A stretch of DNA of 64,000 bases from Thermoplasmata archaeon (GTDB taxonomy: Archaea > Thermoplasmatota > Thermoplasmata > Lutacidiplasmatales > UBA184). Positions 43,883 through 54,100 of this stretch are shown piece by piece (position 1 is the stretch's first letter; every line of letters begins with the position of its first letter). The stretch spans positions 285 to 64,284 of the forward strand of contig JASHSU010000152.1 of the NCBI GenBank assembly GCA_030038605.1, in the 5' to 3' direction. Below the pieces are notes generated by a model. That model saw nothing but the letters and a program-made list of their open reading frames with translations, had not been told where the DNA came from and did not search any database. Made by a program: the position numbers and the translations under genes.

Positions 43883-44554
43883 CTACCGACGGGGCGCGGG
43901 GCGGACGAACAGCGCGACGTGGTCACGAGCGAATGGCGCGAGCGGGATCTCGGAAGTCACGCGAAGTCCGGCCGACTCGATCTCGTCCCGCGCCTCCCGA
44001 ACGATCGCACCCGCCGGGCGGGATTGCGTGACCGAGCGGATCTTCAGCATGAAGAGGCCCCGTCCGCCGGGCCCCAGGGCCACCCGGGCATTCTCGGCAA
44101 AGATCGCGGCCTGGTTCCGCTGCGCGACGTCCTGGTAGAGCAAGTCTACCAGCCCTGTATCCGCCCGGTACCGCTCGGGCAGCTGGGCGTCGGCGAGGAT
44201 CGGGAAGATGTTGGCGCGACGACGGGCGAGCGCCAGGAGCGGGGCGAACGCCGTCGGGCTCTTCTCGACCACGAACAGGTCCGCCTCCGGCACCACGTCC
44301 GACAGATGGCTCACGGTCGTCCCGTGCGCGCCTCCGAGGTAGAGGACCGACCCCACGCCCGCGAACAGATCGTTCGGGGCTCCGCGCGTCAGGACCGCCG
44401 CGAGCTTCGACCGGAACGGGTCCCACATCCGGTACTCGGTCGCGCCGTCACGGCGCAATCGCTCCCCGTAGACCCGGTCCCCCGGTGGGCCCCGATTGAC
44501 CGTGTAGAGGTCCCGACCGTCGCGATAGACGCCCGCCCAGGCCGTCGCCTCCAC
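43883..44554 (-). CDS. flpA: Fibrillarin-like rRNA/tRNA 2'-O-methyltransferase
   Basis: VYGERL...EYRMWDPFRSKLAA...VLYLGGAHGTTVSHLSDVV...NIFPILADAQLPERY...DLLYQDVAQ are the fibrillarin SAM-MTase blocks. Confidence 0.85.
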   Translation of the reverse strand: MEATAWAGVYRDGRDLYTVNRGPPGDRVYGERLRRDGATEYRMWDPFRSKLAAVLTRGAPNDLFAGVGSVLYLGGAHGTTVSHLSDVVPEADLFVVEKSPTAFAPLLALARRRANIFPILADAQLPERYRADTGLVDLLYQDVAQRNQAAIFAENARVALGPGGRGLFMLKIRSVTQSRPAGAIVREARDEIESAGLRVTSEIPLAPFARDHVALFVRPAPRR

Positions 44555-44560
44555 GGCCGC

Positions 44561-45001
44561 TCACTCGACGGCGACGACCATCTCGACCTCGACCGGTGCA
44601 CCGAGCGGTAACGAGGTCACGCCGACGGCCGCCCGCGCCGGGCGGCCGACCTCTCCGAAGAGGTCCACGAGGATGTCGGTCGCCCCGTTCGCCACCTCAT
44701 GTTGCTTCACGAACCCCGGGGAGGACGCGACGTACACCGTGACCCGGACGACCCTCGCCACGCGGTCGAGCGAGCCGAGCGCGTGCGCGAGGGCGCTCAA
44801 CGCCTGGAGGGTCGCCTGTTGAGCGATCTCCTTAGCGGTCTCGATACGGACATCCTGGTCGACGAGCCCCGGGGCGACGATGCGCCCCTCCTGGGTCACG
44901 ATCTGTCCGGAAACGTAGGCGAATCCACCCGCGACCGACACCGGCGCGTACGTCCCCTTCGGCGTCGGCGGCGGGGGCAATCGGACCCCCAGCCCGGCCA
45001 A
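44561..45001 (-). CDS. RidA/YjgF/TdcF-family reactive-intermediate deaminase. The start is uncertain: TTG at ~45001 or at 44980.
   Basis: PKGTYAPVSVAGGFAYVSGQI...ETAKEIAQQATLQALSALA...VRVTVYV...AVGVTSLPLGAPVEVEMVVAV is the RidA fold pattern. It is the 3' part of track ORF 44561..47242. Confidence 0.6.
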   Translation of the reverse strand: MAGLGVRLPPPPTPKGTYAPVSVAGGFAYVSGQIVTQEGRIVAPGLVDQDVRIETAKEIAQQATLQALSALAHALGSLDRVARVVRVTVYVASSPGFVKQHEVANGATDILVDLFGEVGRPARAAVGVTSLPLGAPVEVEMVVAVE

Positions 45002-45108
45002 TCGGGCGGTCGTTCCGGACGGCACGTCCTCCCGAAGCGTTTCGGTAGAAAACGCCGCGGTCCGATGGAGCCACAGCCCTAAAAACGAGGTCCGACCATC
45101 GTAGGGCG

Positions 45109-45621
45109 ATGTCCTTCCTGCGAAGGCTCCGTCGGGACAAGGAGGACGCCGCTCCGGCGAAGTCCGAGCCCGCCCCGCCCGACTCGTCCCCACCGGGGAA
45201 GGGTGAGGGGTCCGAGGAGGACGTCCGGGTCTACGGCGCCGACGACCGGCCGGCCGCCGCCGCCAAGACCTCGCCCCGGGCGCGGGCCCCAAAACCCGCG
45301 CAGCCCGAGCCCGAGGTCGAGAGCCTCCCCGAGCCGGCCCCGGAATCGCCGTCGCCCTCCGCGCCCGCAGCGGACGCCGCCCCAGCGGCGCCGACGCCCG
45401 TGCCGGCTCCTCGCATCGAGCTGCCTCGACCCGTGGCTCCCGCCCCCGACCTGTCGCCGACCGCCGAGCTTCCGCCGAGCCCCCCGCCACCTCTGCCCGA
45501 GAAGGGACCCCTCCCCACGCAGGCCACGGCGGTGGCCGCACCCGAGACCGTGTGCTTCGTCTGCGGGACCCCGCTCGAGGGAAAGTACTGTCCGACCTGC
45601 CGGATGACCTGGGTCGAGTGA
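45109..45621 (+). CDS. Proline-rich low-complexity protein with a C-terminal C4 zinc ribbon
   Basis: A ~120-aa Pro/Ala/Glu-rich segment, then CFVCGTPLEGKYCPTCRMTW. A TATA-like CCTAAAAACG lies ~30 nt upstream. Confidence 0.35.
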   Translation: MSFLRRLRRDKEDAAPAKSEPAPPDSSPPGKGEGSEEDVRVYGADDRPAAAAKTSPRARAPKPAQPEPEVESLPEPAPESPSPSAPAADAAPAAPTPVPAPRIELPRPVAPAPDLSPTAELPPSPPPPLPEKGPLPTQATAVAAPETVCFVCGTPLEGKYCPTCRMTWVE

Positions 45622-45682
45622 ACGACGGTGCCGGCGCTCGTCTAAGGTTTTGAGCCCCGTCCGCTAGGGAACCCGACTTCGC

Positions 45683-47311
45683 ATGCCTACGAGCGACGCA
45701 GCCGGCGCCGATTTCGACGCGCTCGAACGCGCGATCGTCGACCACGTCTTCGTGGTCCAGCCCGGCTTCGCCGTCTCCCTGGGTCTGCACGACTACGACG
45801 GCCGGATACCGGACCTGGCGACGTCGGCGACCGAGCGGTGGGCTACGGAGACCGACCGCCTGCTGGGCCGTCTGGCGGCCACCGAATCGGGACGGCTGAC
45901 ACCGTCGCGAAGGATCGACGCCACCCTGCTGCGCCTGCTGCTGGAGAGCCCGCTGTTCGACTTCCGGGAAGGTCACGATTTCGAGCGTAACCCGATGTCG
46001 TACGTCGGAGGCATCTCGCTCACCCCGTACCTGGTCCGGGAGTACGCTCCGTTGCCGGTGCGCGTGGACGCGATGCGACGCACCCTGGACGCGGTCCCCC
46101 GGTTGCTGGAGCAGGGACGGCGACGGCTTCGCGGCCCCTTCCCCCGACCGTTCGTCGAGCTCAGCCTCGCCATCGGCGGCGCCCTCGCGCCCCACTTCGA
46201 CGAAGCGGAGGCGTTCGCCGCCCGCGCCCATCTCGAACATGAAGTGCGAGCCGCCCGACCGGCGGCCGAGGCGGCGATCGGCTCCTTCCTCACCTGGCTG
46301 AAGGAGGACGAGCTGCCCCGGTCGACGCCCGACTTCGCCCTGGGACCCGAGCGCTACCAACGTCTCCTGTTCGTCCGCGAGGGCCTGGAGACGCCGTTCG
46401 CTGAGGTCCAGCGCCGCGGCGCCGCGGACCTCGCCCGCAACCAGGCCCGGCTGGACGCGATCGCGCGCGAGGAAGGGGTGGCCGTGGCCGAATTGTTCCA
46501 CCGGATGGTCCTGGACCATCCCGCCGCCCCGGAGGTCGTCCCGACGGCGAGCCGGTACGTCGAAGAGACCCGGGCGTTCGTCCGGTCGAAAGACCTGGTG
46601 ACGATCCCGGAACCCGTCGAGGTCCGGGTCGAGGAGACGCCCGTGTGGGGACGCGCCCTCTCCACCGCGAGCATGAATTCCCCCGGTCCGTTCGACTCGG
46701 GGACCGACGGGGTCTACTACGTGACGCCCGTCGACCCCGCCTGGACGCCGATCCAGCAGGAGGAGTGGCTGCGCTCCCTCAACCGGACGATGCTGCGCAA
46801 CATCACCGTCCATGAGGTCTATCCCGGTCACTACCTGCAGTTCCTGCACTGGCGCACGAACGGCGGAAGTCTCGCCCGGCGGGTGTTCATCTCGCAGTCG
46901 TTCGTCGAGGGATGGGCGCACTACACCGAACAGCTCGCCATCGAGGCGGGGATCGGCGGCGGGCGCCTCTTGGCCGAGGTCGCCCAGATCCACGATGCAC
47001 TGCTCCGGGACTGCCGACTGCTGGCGTCCGTCGGGCTGCACACCGGAGGGTGGACCCTGGAACGCGCCACGGAGCTGTTCCAGAAGCAGGCCTACCTCGA
47101 GCGGTTGCCGGCGGAGCGCGAGGCGATCCGCGGGACGTTCAACCCCGAGTACTTCTGCTACACCCTGGGTAAGTTGGCCATCCTCGACGTCCGCGAGCAG
47201 CTCCTCGCCCCGCGGTTCGGCGGCAGCCTGCGGCGGTTCCACGACGCGCTCCTGAAGAACGGGAACCCTCCGATCGGGTTGCTGCCCGCGCTGCTCACCG
47301 CCGCGGCGTGA
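45683..47311 (+). CDS. DUF885-family protein (putative zinc metallopeptidase-like)
   Basis: HEVYPGHY (HExxPGH) motif and the overall DUF885 block pattern, 542 aa. Confidence 0.6.
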   Translation: MPTSDAAGADFDALERAIVDHVFVVQPGFAVSLGLHDYDGRIPDLATSATERWATETDRLLGRLAATESGRLTPSRRIDATLLRLLLESPLFDFREGHDFERNPMSYVGGISLTPYLVREYAPLPVRVDAMRRTLDAVPRLLEQGRRRLRGPFPRPFVELSLAIGGALAPHFDEAEAFAARAHLEHEVRAARPAAEAAIGSFLTWLKEDELPRSTPDFALGPERYQRLLFVREGLETPFAEVQRRGAADLARNQARLDAIAREEGVAVAELFHRMVLDHPAAPEVVPTASRYVEETRAFVRSKDLVTIPEPVEVRVEETPVWGRALSTASMNSPGPFDSGTDGVYYVTPVDPAWTPIQQEEWLRSLNRTMLRNITVHEVYPGHYLQFLHWRTNGGSLARRVFISQSFVEGWAHYTEQLAIEAGIGGGRLLAEVAQIHDALLRDCRLLASVGLHTGGWTLERATELFQKQAYLERLPAEREAIRGTFNPEYFCYTLGKLAILDVREQLLAPRFGGSLRRFHDALLKNGNPPIGLLPALLTAAA

Positions 47312-47373
47312 GCCCGCGTCCCGGGGGCCCGGGTTAAGGACCCCTCCCGTCTCGGTCCGCCGGTCCCGGTTCG

Positions 47374-48531
47374 ATGCCGCACGTCGCGGGCGCCCGTTTG
47401 ACCGTCGAACTCCCTCAGCCGCCGGCGGCGGCGTTCGCTCAGGTGGTGGACGAGCTCGTCGAGACGCTCGAACGGGCCGGACTGGAATTCGCGACCGGGC
47501 CCCGCGGGTCGGTCACGGACTTGGGCGCGCCGGTCGCTCGGGTGACCGCCTGGTCGCCGGGACGGGAGTTCGCCCTGCGCTGGAACTCGACCCCGTGGGG
47601 CGCCGAAACGCCGGTCGACTTCGCCGCCCGTTTCGACGCGACGCCGGACGGATCCCGGCTGACCGTCACCGTGGACGGAGCGCCTCGACTGGTGAACGAG
47701 GACCCGACCGAGTGGACCGGCTGGGTGGTCACGGCCCTCGGAGGGCCGGTCGCCCGGGCGCTCACGCCCCGCGGCTTCGGGGACTGGCTCACCGACCGCC
47801 GCGCCCGGCGGCCGTCCGGCCCGTCCGCCCGGTCCATCTACGGGGATCCGGTCTTCCACCGCCCGAACTTCCGCCTCCTGCTCGACACGCTGCACCCCGG
47901 CCCGTCCGACCGTGTGCTCGAGGTCGGGTGTGGCGGGGGTGCGCTTCTCGCCGAGATGTTGGCCCGGGGGGCACGGGCGGTGGGCCTCGACCACAGCCCG
48001 GAGATGGTCCGCCTCGCCCGAAGCGCCAACGCCGCGGCCGTGGGGGACGGCCGTCTCACGGTAAAGGTCGCCGACGCCGGCCGTCTCCCGGTCCCCGATG
48101 CCGCGTTCACCCTCGCCGTCTCCACGGGCGTCTTCGGTTTCCTGCCCGAGCCGGGCGCGACGCTCCGGGAGATGCATCGCGCGCTGGCGCCCGGGGGTCG
48201 GTTGGCGGTCTTCGCGGGCACCGCCGAGCTGCGGGGCACGCCCGCCTGCCCGGAGCCGATGGCGTCGCGGATCCATTTCTTCGAGGACGAGGAGCTGGCT
48301 CGGCTCGCGGAAGCCGCAGGGTTCGTCGACGTGGCCGTCACCCACCCGTCGCTCTACGAGTACGCGATCGCCTCCGGCGTGCCGAAGGACGCTCTCGGTC
48401 TGTTCGAGGGGACCGGCGGCAGCCAGTTGTTGACGGCCCGACGGGCGGGCCCCCGCACGCAGCCTACGCGGCCGGCGCGGGGACGGCCGTCCCGGAAAGC
48501 CACCCCTGGCGGTCGAGCTCGCCGAGGATGA
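47374..48531 (+). CDS. Two-domain protein: N-terminal SRPBCC/AHSA1-like domain plus class I SAM-dependent methyltransferase
   Basis: MTase motif I VLEVGCGGGAL and a post-I acidic LD. The family assignment for the N-domain is tentative. Confidence 0.45.
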   Translation: MPHVAGARLTVELPQPPAAAFAQVVDELVETLERAGLEFATGPRGSVTDLGAPVARVTAWSPGREFALRWNSTPWGAETPVDFAARFDATPDGSRLTVTVDGAPRLVNEDPTEWTGWVVTALGGPVARALTPRGFGDWLTDRRARRPSGPSARSIYGDPVFHRPNFRLLLDTLHPGPSDRVLEVGCGGGALLAEMLARGARAVGLDHSPEMVRLARSANAAAVGDGRLTVKVADAGRLPVPDAAFTLAVSTGVFGFLPEPGATLREMHRALAPGGRLAVFAGTAELRGTPACPEPMASRIHFFEDEELARLAEAAGFVDVAVTHPSLYEYAIASGVPKDALGLFEGTGGSQLLTARRAGPRTQPTRPARGRPSRKATPGGRARRG

Positions 48532-49027
48532 ACTCGGCCGACTGCGCGGGCGTCGCGTTCTGGGTCTCGACCACGATCTCGGCGTGCTCGGGCGGCTCGT
48601 AGGGGTCGTCCACGCCCGTCATCTCCTTGATCTGGCCGGCGCGGGCCTTCTTGTAGAGCCCCTTCACGTCCCGGTCCTCGCAGACGGTGAGCGGGGTGTT
48701 GACGTAGACCTCGACGAAGCGGCCGATGGTGGCCCGGGCCTGGGCCCGGGACGACCGGTACGGCGAGATGAGCGTGACGACCGGGATGGCGCCGTTCCGG
48801 GCCAGGAGTTTGGCGCAGAAGGCGACGCGGGAGGCGTGCGTCTCCCGGGACTTGCGGTCGAAGCCCAGGTCGGCCGAGAGCCCCAACCGGATCTCGTCCC
48901 CGTCCAGGAGGTCGGCGTACCAGCCGCGCGCCACCAGTCGGGGGATGAGCTCCTTCCCGATGGTCGTCTTACCCGCGCTCGGCAGTCCGGTCAGCCAGAG
49001 GCAGAATCCCGGCGGTCCCCGTGTCAT
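48464..49027 (-). CDS. cysC: Adenylyl-sulfate (APS) kinase
   Basis: GFCLWLTGLPSAGKTTIG...LDGDEIR...PVVTLISPYRSSR are the APS kinase blocks. Confidence 0.85.
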   Translation of the reverse strand: MTRGPPGFCLWLTGLPSAGKTTIGKELIPRLVARGWYADLLDGDEIRLGLSADLGFDRKSRETHASRVAFCAKLLARNGAIPVVTLISPYRSSRAQARATIGRFVEVYVNTPLTVCEDRDVKGLYKKARAGQIKEMTGVDDPYEPPEHAEIVVETQNATPAQSAEFILGELDRQGWLSGTAVPAPAA

Positions 49028-49039
49028 CGTCCTACGCTC

Positions 49040-50194
49040 CTAGTTCGTCACTTCTCCGCCGGGGCGTCCCAGGATCGCCGCGACCTCCGGCCGGAGGATG
49101 TCCGCCGGCAGGGGCGTCCCCGAGGCGAGCGCCTCGCGGATGCGGGTCTGGCTGGTGGCGCCGTGCTCCGAGGCCGGGTGGGAGCACGTGCGCGCGCTCG
49201 CCATCCAGCCGCAGTGGCGGCAGAAGAACGATTCGTCGTACCGGAGCGGCTGCACCCCGATGTTGAACTCGTCGAAGATCCGGTGGCAGGCGAAGGGATC
49301 GTAGTACTTCCCGACCCCGGCCTGGTCCCGCCCGACGATGTAGGCGGCGCATCCGTAGTTCCGCCGCACGATGGCGAGGAACAGCGCCGCCTTGGGTCCG
49401 CCGTACCGCATCGTGATCGTGAGCGGGCTCATCATCACGTGGGACGGAGGATAGTAGTGGGAGACGAGCGCGTCGTACGCCGCGAGGATGACCTCGGGCT
49501 TGTAATCGCCCTTCTTGAGACGGCCGACCACCGGGTGGATGAACAGCGCGTCGATGTCCTCGCGCTCGAGGGTCAGGCGCTGGATGTACTCGTGGGCGGT
49601 GTGGGGCGGGTTGCGGCACTGGTAGGCGGCGACGCGGCGCCAGCCCCGGCGGGCGAACTCGGCCCGGGTCTCGGCCGGCGTGGGTTCCTCCCGCGGCCAC
49701 GGCGGCGTGAGCCGGTGGAGGAGGTCGACCCGGCCCGCCCAGGCGGTGTCCGAGCCGGCGAGGATGTCCGCGACGTTCGGGTGCTTCGGGTCGTCGGTGC
49801 CGTACGCGCCCTTCGCCAGGGCGGCCCGGTCGAATCGGAACTGTTCCTCGATGTGCAGGAGAGCGATGAGCCGGCCCGTGCCGTCGTCGAGTCCGACCGC
49901 ATCGCCCGGTTTGAGTCCCAGCCGTTCCGCGCCCGCTGGGAGGGGAAAATGGATCGGGATCGACCACGGCAGCCCGTTCGGGAGCCGGCCCGTGGTCCGG
50001 ACCTCCTCGAGGGCGGCGGAGCCCATGAACCCGTCCAGCGGACTGTATGCCCCGATGCCCAGCTTCTCCACGTCGTAGAGCTGGTCGATGAACGGCGTGA
50101 CCCGCGGCAGGTCCTTCGCCTCGGCGTCGCGCCGGGCGCGCTCGGATTCGCCGACCTGCCGGTCGACGAGACGACCTCCGTACGGTTCGATCAT
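49040..50194 (-). CDS. sat: Sulfate adenylyltransferase (ATP sulfurylase)
   Basis: QCRNPPHTAHEYIQ (QTRN/HxxH region) and GRD-loop context, 384 aa. Confidence 0.85.
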   Translation of the reverse strand: MIEPYGGRLVDRQVGESERARRDAEAKDLPRVTPFIDQLYDVEKLGIGAYSPLDGFMGSAALEEVRTTGRLPNGLPWSIPIHFPLPAGAERLGLKPGDAVGLDDGTGRLIALLHIEEQFRFDRAALAKGAYGTDDPKHPNVADILAGSDTAWAGRVDLLHRLTPPWPREEPTPAETRAEFARRGWRRVAAYQCRNPPHTAHEYIQRLTLEREDIDALFIHPVVGRLKKGDYKPEVILAAYDALVSHYYPPSHVMMSPLTITMRYGGPKAALFLAIVRRNYGCAAYIVGRDQAGVGKYYDPFACHRIFDEFNIGVQPLRYDESFFCRHCGWMASARTCSHPASEHGATSQTRIREALASGTPLPADILRPEVAAILGRPGGEVTN

Positions 50195-50232
50195 GGCGTC
50201 CGAGCGACGGGCGAGCGGAGAGTCGGGAGTTC

Positions 50233-50997
50233 TTAAGCCCGTTCGAGTCCGGCCGTCTCAATTTCCGGCGCCAACGCGCGCCGGACCCCCGCCACGTGGA
50301 TGCCGCACTCGATCTTGCCCTGGCCCTTCCAGCGGCCCGCGCGCTCGCCTTCGGCGAGGCCGGCCGGCGCCGTGCACGGCGCGCACCCGATGCTCGGGTA
50401 CCCCTTCGCCCAGAGCGGGTGCCGGGGCAGCTGATGGTCGTCGAGGTAGCCGTCGACGTCGGCGAGCGACCAGGCGACGAGCGGGTTGATCTTGTAGACC
50501 CCGCGGGCGCCGTGGGGCAGTTCCTGCCACTCGACGACCGGGGTCGCGGCGCGCTGGGGATGCTGACTGCGGCGAACGCCGGTCATCCACGCCGAGCGGC
50601 CCGCGAGCGCGCGCTGCAACGGTTCGACCTTGCGCATCTGGCAGCACTGGTCCGGCGCTCGCGCATACAGGTGCGCGCCGAACTCTGCGTCCTGCTGCGC
50701 GACCGAACGGTCCGGTCGGACGTCCACGACATTCCACCCCTCCTGGGTGCGCAACTGGTCCCGGAACTGGAGGGTCTCGGCGAAGTGGTATCCGGTCTCC
50801 AGGAAGAGTACCGGGATCCCCGGGCGCAGCGTGCGCGCGAGGTCCATGATGACGAGCGAGTCCTTGCCGAAGCTCGAGCCGAGCACGAGCCCGTCCCCGA
50901 ACTGCTCGACCGCCCAGCGGATGATCTCGCCGGCCGGTCGGCCCTCGAGCTCCCGCGACCACTCCGCGGCTTGAGCGGCGCCGTCTGCTGGCTGCAA
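50233..50997 (-). CDS. cysH: Phosphoadenosine-phosphosulfate/APS reductase (CysH family, Fe-S type)
   Basis: PAPS_reduct fold with C-terminal SIGCAPCT...KIECGIH cysteine pairs, typical of [4Fe-4S]-containing APS/PAPS reductases. A TATA-like TCTAATAGG lies ~25 nt upstream. Confidence 0.75.
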   Translation of the reverse strand: MQPADGAAQAAEWSRELEGRPAGEIIRWAVEQFGDGLVLGSSFGKDSLVIMDLARTLRPGIPVLFLETGYHFAETLQFRDQLRTQEGWNVVDVRPDRSVAQQDAEFGAHLYARAPDQCCQMRKVEPLQRALAGRSAWMTGVRRSQHPQRAATPVVEWQELPHGARGVYKINPLVAWSLADVDGYLDDHQLPRHPLWAKGYPSIGCAPCTAPAGLAEGERAGRWKGQGKIECGIHVAGVRRALAPEIETAGLERA

Positions 50998-51136
50998 GGC
51001 ACGCTGCTATCGGGGTGAACCCTATTAGAGTCGGAGCGCCGGCGCCGAATTCCGGGTCGTGCGCAGAATCCGCACGTCGCCGGCGATACCGCCGCAATTC
51101 TGTCGCATCTGGCCGGCCGAACTGCGAACCCGCCGT

Positions 51137-54100
51137 TCACGCGGACGGGGGCGCCGGAGGGGTTGCGGCCGGGTCGGTCGTCCCCCCCGACGTCGGCGGC
51201 GTGTACTCCTGCACGGGTCCCTTGCGTTGCGGGGGGGTCCGGTGGGTCGCGACCCACACCAGTGCGACGACGACGACGATGACCGCCAGGAGCCCGACCG
51301 TCTCCAGGACCGGGACGCCGAGGATCTCGTTCGCGGAGTTCGTGTTCGCCTTGGAGGTGAATTGGACGGTGACGAGGACCGACGCGCCGTTGACCGTGAC
51401 CGAGCCGCCCGAAGGACTCACCGTGTATCCGGAGACCGAACCGACCGAGAAGGTGTAGGCCCGGTTCGCCTCCTCGAAGACGATCGAGGTTCCGGTGCCA
51501 GCGACGGTGGACCCGTTGAGCGTCACGGACCAGCTGGTCCCTCCGGGCAGGCCGACTTCCGTGAACGTGACGGAGTAGATGGGCCTCGACCACGCGAGCG
51601 AGACCGTGACGTCATGACCCGCGACCAGGACCGTGCCGGTCGCGTTGGGCGTGACCCATCCTTCGGGACCGTTGACCACGTACGTCCAGTTCCCGTTGGG
51701 CAGGGAGAGGCTCAGGGAACTCACGTGGGCGGTGTCGGTCTGGTTGCCGACCGCCACGGACCAGGCCGAGCCCGCGGGCAGGCCGGTCTCGTTGAACGTG
51801 ACCGTGTAGGTGGTCAGCGAGCAGGTGAGCGCGACACCGACCGCCGCGCCGTTGACCGTGAGAGTACCCGACGCCGGCACGCAACCCCAGTTGGCCGGAG
51901 GGCTGACCGCGTAGCGGTAATGCCCGTCGAGTTCCGAGAAATTCAGCGTGGTCGTAGTGCTCGAGAGCGGCGTGCCGTTGACGGTCACCGACCAGGTCGC
52001 GCCGGTCGCGAGCCCGGTCTCGGTGAAGGTCACCACGTAGGCGGACGTCCAAACGATCGTCGTGAGGAGATCCCCCCCGTCCACGTACTCGGTGCCCATC
52101 CTCGGCGAGGCGGCCAGTCCGGTCAGCGGGCTCACCGTGAACGGATAGCTTCCGTTCGGGACAAAGAACTCGATCGGGCCTCCGGTTGCATTCCATCCCA
52201 GCGTGCCGTTGAGCACGACCGACCAGTTCTGACCGGCTGTCGCGTTGTCCGCCGCCGTAAAGGTGACCGTGTAGAGTTGGAGGGCCCAGGCGATGGCGAC
52301 GTTCGTGGCCGCTGCATCGACGGTCACCGAGCCGTTCCGGGGTGCCGCGTACCAGCCTCCCAGGTACCCGACGACGAAGTGGTACGTTCCGTTCTGTACC
52401 TGGAACGTGATCGCGCCTCCGACCGAGTAGTTGAACAGCGGCTCCCCGAGGTTGCCCCCCGTGAGGAGGACGCTCCAGTTCTTGTCCGCCGGCAGTCCGG
52501 TCGGGGCGAAGCGGAGCGTGTAGGTGAACGGGGCGAACTGGACGGACTCCGAGACCGACCCGCCCGCCACGTCCACCGTTCCGGTACCATTCTCCGACGC
52601 CGTAAAGTTCCGGATGCTCCCGACCTGGTACGTGTACGACCCATCCAGCACGGTGAAGACGATCGAGGAACCGGCCTTCGCGCTGCCGTTCGCCCAGAGC
52701 GCGGGGTCGCTGACCCCATGCAAGGTGACCGCCCACGTGAGACCGAGGTTCAGGCCACTTTCGGAGAACGTCACCGCATAGAGCGTCCCCACCCAGTAGA
52801 CCGAGTACGACTCGTTCTTCCCCTGCACGCTAAAGGTCACGCTGCTCGGATTGGGAGTCCACCCGAGTACGGCTCCGTAGGTGGCGACATAGCGCGAGCC
52901 GTTGGGGAGCCAGACCGTCAAGTTGGCCGTCATCCCACTCACTTGCGTGCTGTAGGAGCTGTTGGCGACGTCGTCGACGCTCACACTCCACGCTTCGCCG
53001 CTCGTCAAGTTGGTCTCGCGGAAGGTGATGGCGTACCGCGCGACCGTGAAGTCGATCGGGACGGTCCGGCCCGGACCGGCGACCGTGAACGACCCGGACT
53101 GCGTGGTGACGAATCCCGGGACAATACCCACCGTATACGAGTAGGTCCCGTTGGGGAGGAAGAAGCCGACATCGGGCGTCGTGGCCCAGTTGCTGGACTC
53201 GTTGGCCACGGAGACGGTCCAGTTCGTTCCCGAGGTCAAGTTGGTCTCGACGAACGTAACGTTGTACCCGAACCCGAAGGTCAGGGTGATGTTGAGGGGT
53301 CCCCCCGCGACCGTGAAAACCCCCATCCTCGGGAACGCCACGTAGCTGCGGGCCGCGGCGGCGATCAGGAACGTGTAGGTCCCGTTGTAGATTCGGATCA
53401 CATCGGTCGTCGAGTAGCTCGTCTGACCCTCGCGGGACGTGAAGTTGACCCACCACTGACCTCCCTTCGGAAGTCCTGACTCGATGAACGTGACGGAGTA
53501 GAACACTCGGTTGAAGTAGGGCGATACGACCTGGCCGGTCCCGTTCACGGTCAGGCAACCGCTGGCGGGGGTGGCGACCCACCCGTCCGTGGCGGACACG
53601 GCGAAGCAGTAGGTGCCGTTCGGCAACCAGAACGTGAGGTAGGTTCCCAGGTGGGTGGTCAGGGTCTTCCCGTCGATCGTGGCCGACCAGTTACCGGTCC
53701 AGGAGAGGTTCTTCAGGGGCAGGTTCGATTCCAGGAACGTCACGTTGTAGACGTCCTGGGTCCAGTCGATCCGAACGGTGGTGGCGCCACTGACCGCGAC
53801 TGAGCTCGCGTAGGGTGACGTCGTCCAGCCCGCCACCGGGCCGATCGTGTATCGATAGGAACCCGTCGACTCGTTGTAGCTCAGATTGCCTGTTCCCCGC
53901 TGAGGCGTCCCGTTCAGGTCGACCGACCACGGGAGGGAACTGGGCAGACCTACCGGTTCGAAGATCACGGGATTCGGGGAGTCGGTCCAACTGATGTTGA
54001 CCGCGAGCGGGGCACCGCTGACCGAGAGGCTTCCGGAGGGTGCGGACGGAGTTTCTAGGGATGAGGAATTCACCGCGTAGCTGAAGGTCCCATTGGGGAC

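Noticed and set aside
44561-47242. 893-aa ORF 44561..47242(-)
   Set aside because: Only the last ~145 codons (RidA) are credible. The remainder is antisense to the DUF885 gene and the Pro-rich gene.
51059-53479. 806-aa ORF 51059..53479(+) and several 100-370-aa ORFs inside 51612..54809
   Set aside because: All lie within or antisense to the 1675-aa repeat-protein gene. The repetitive DNA creates repeated open frames.
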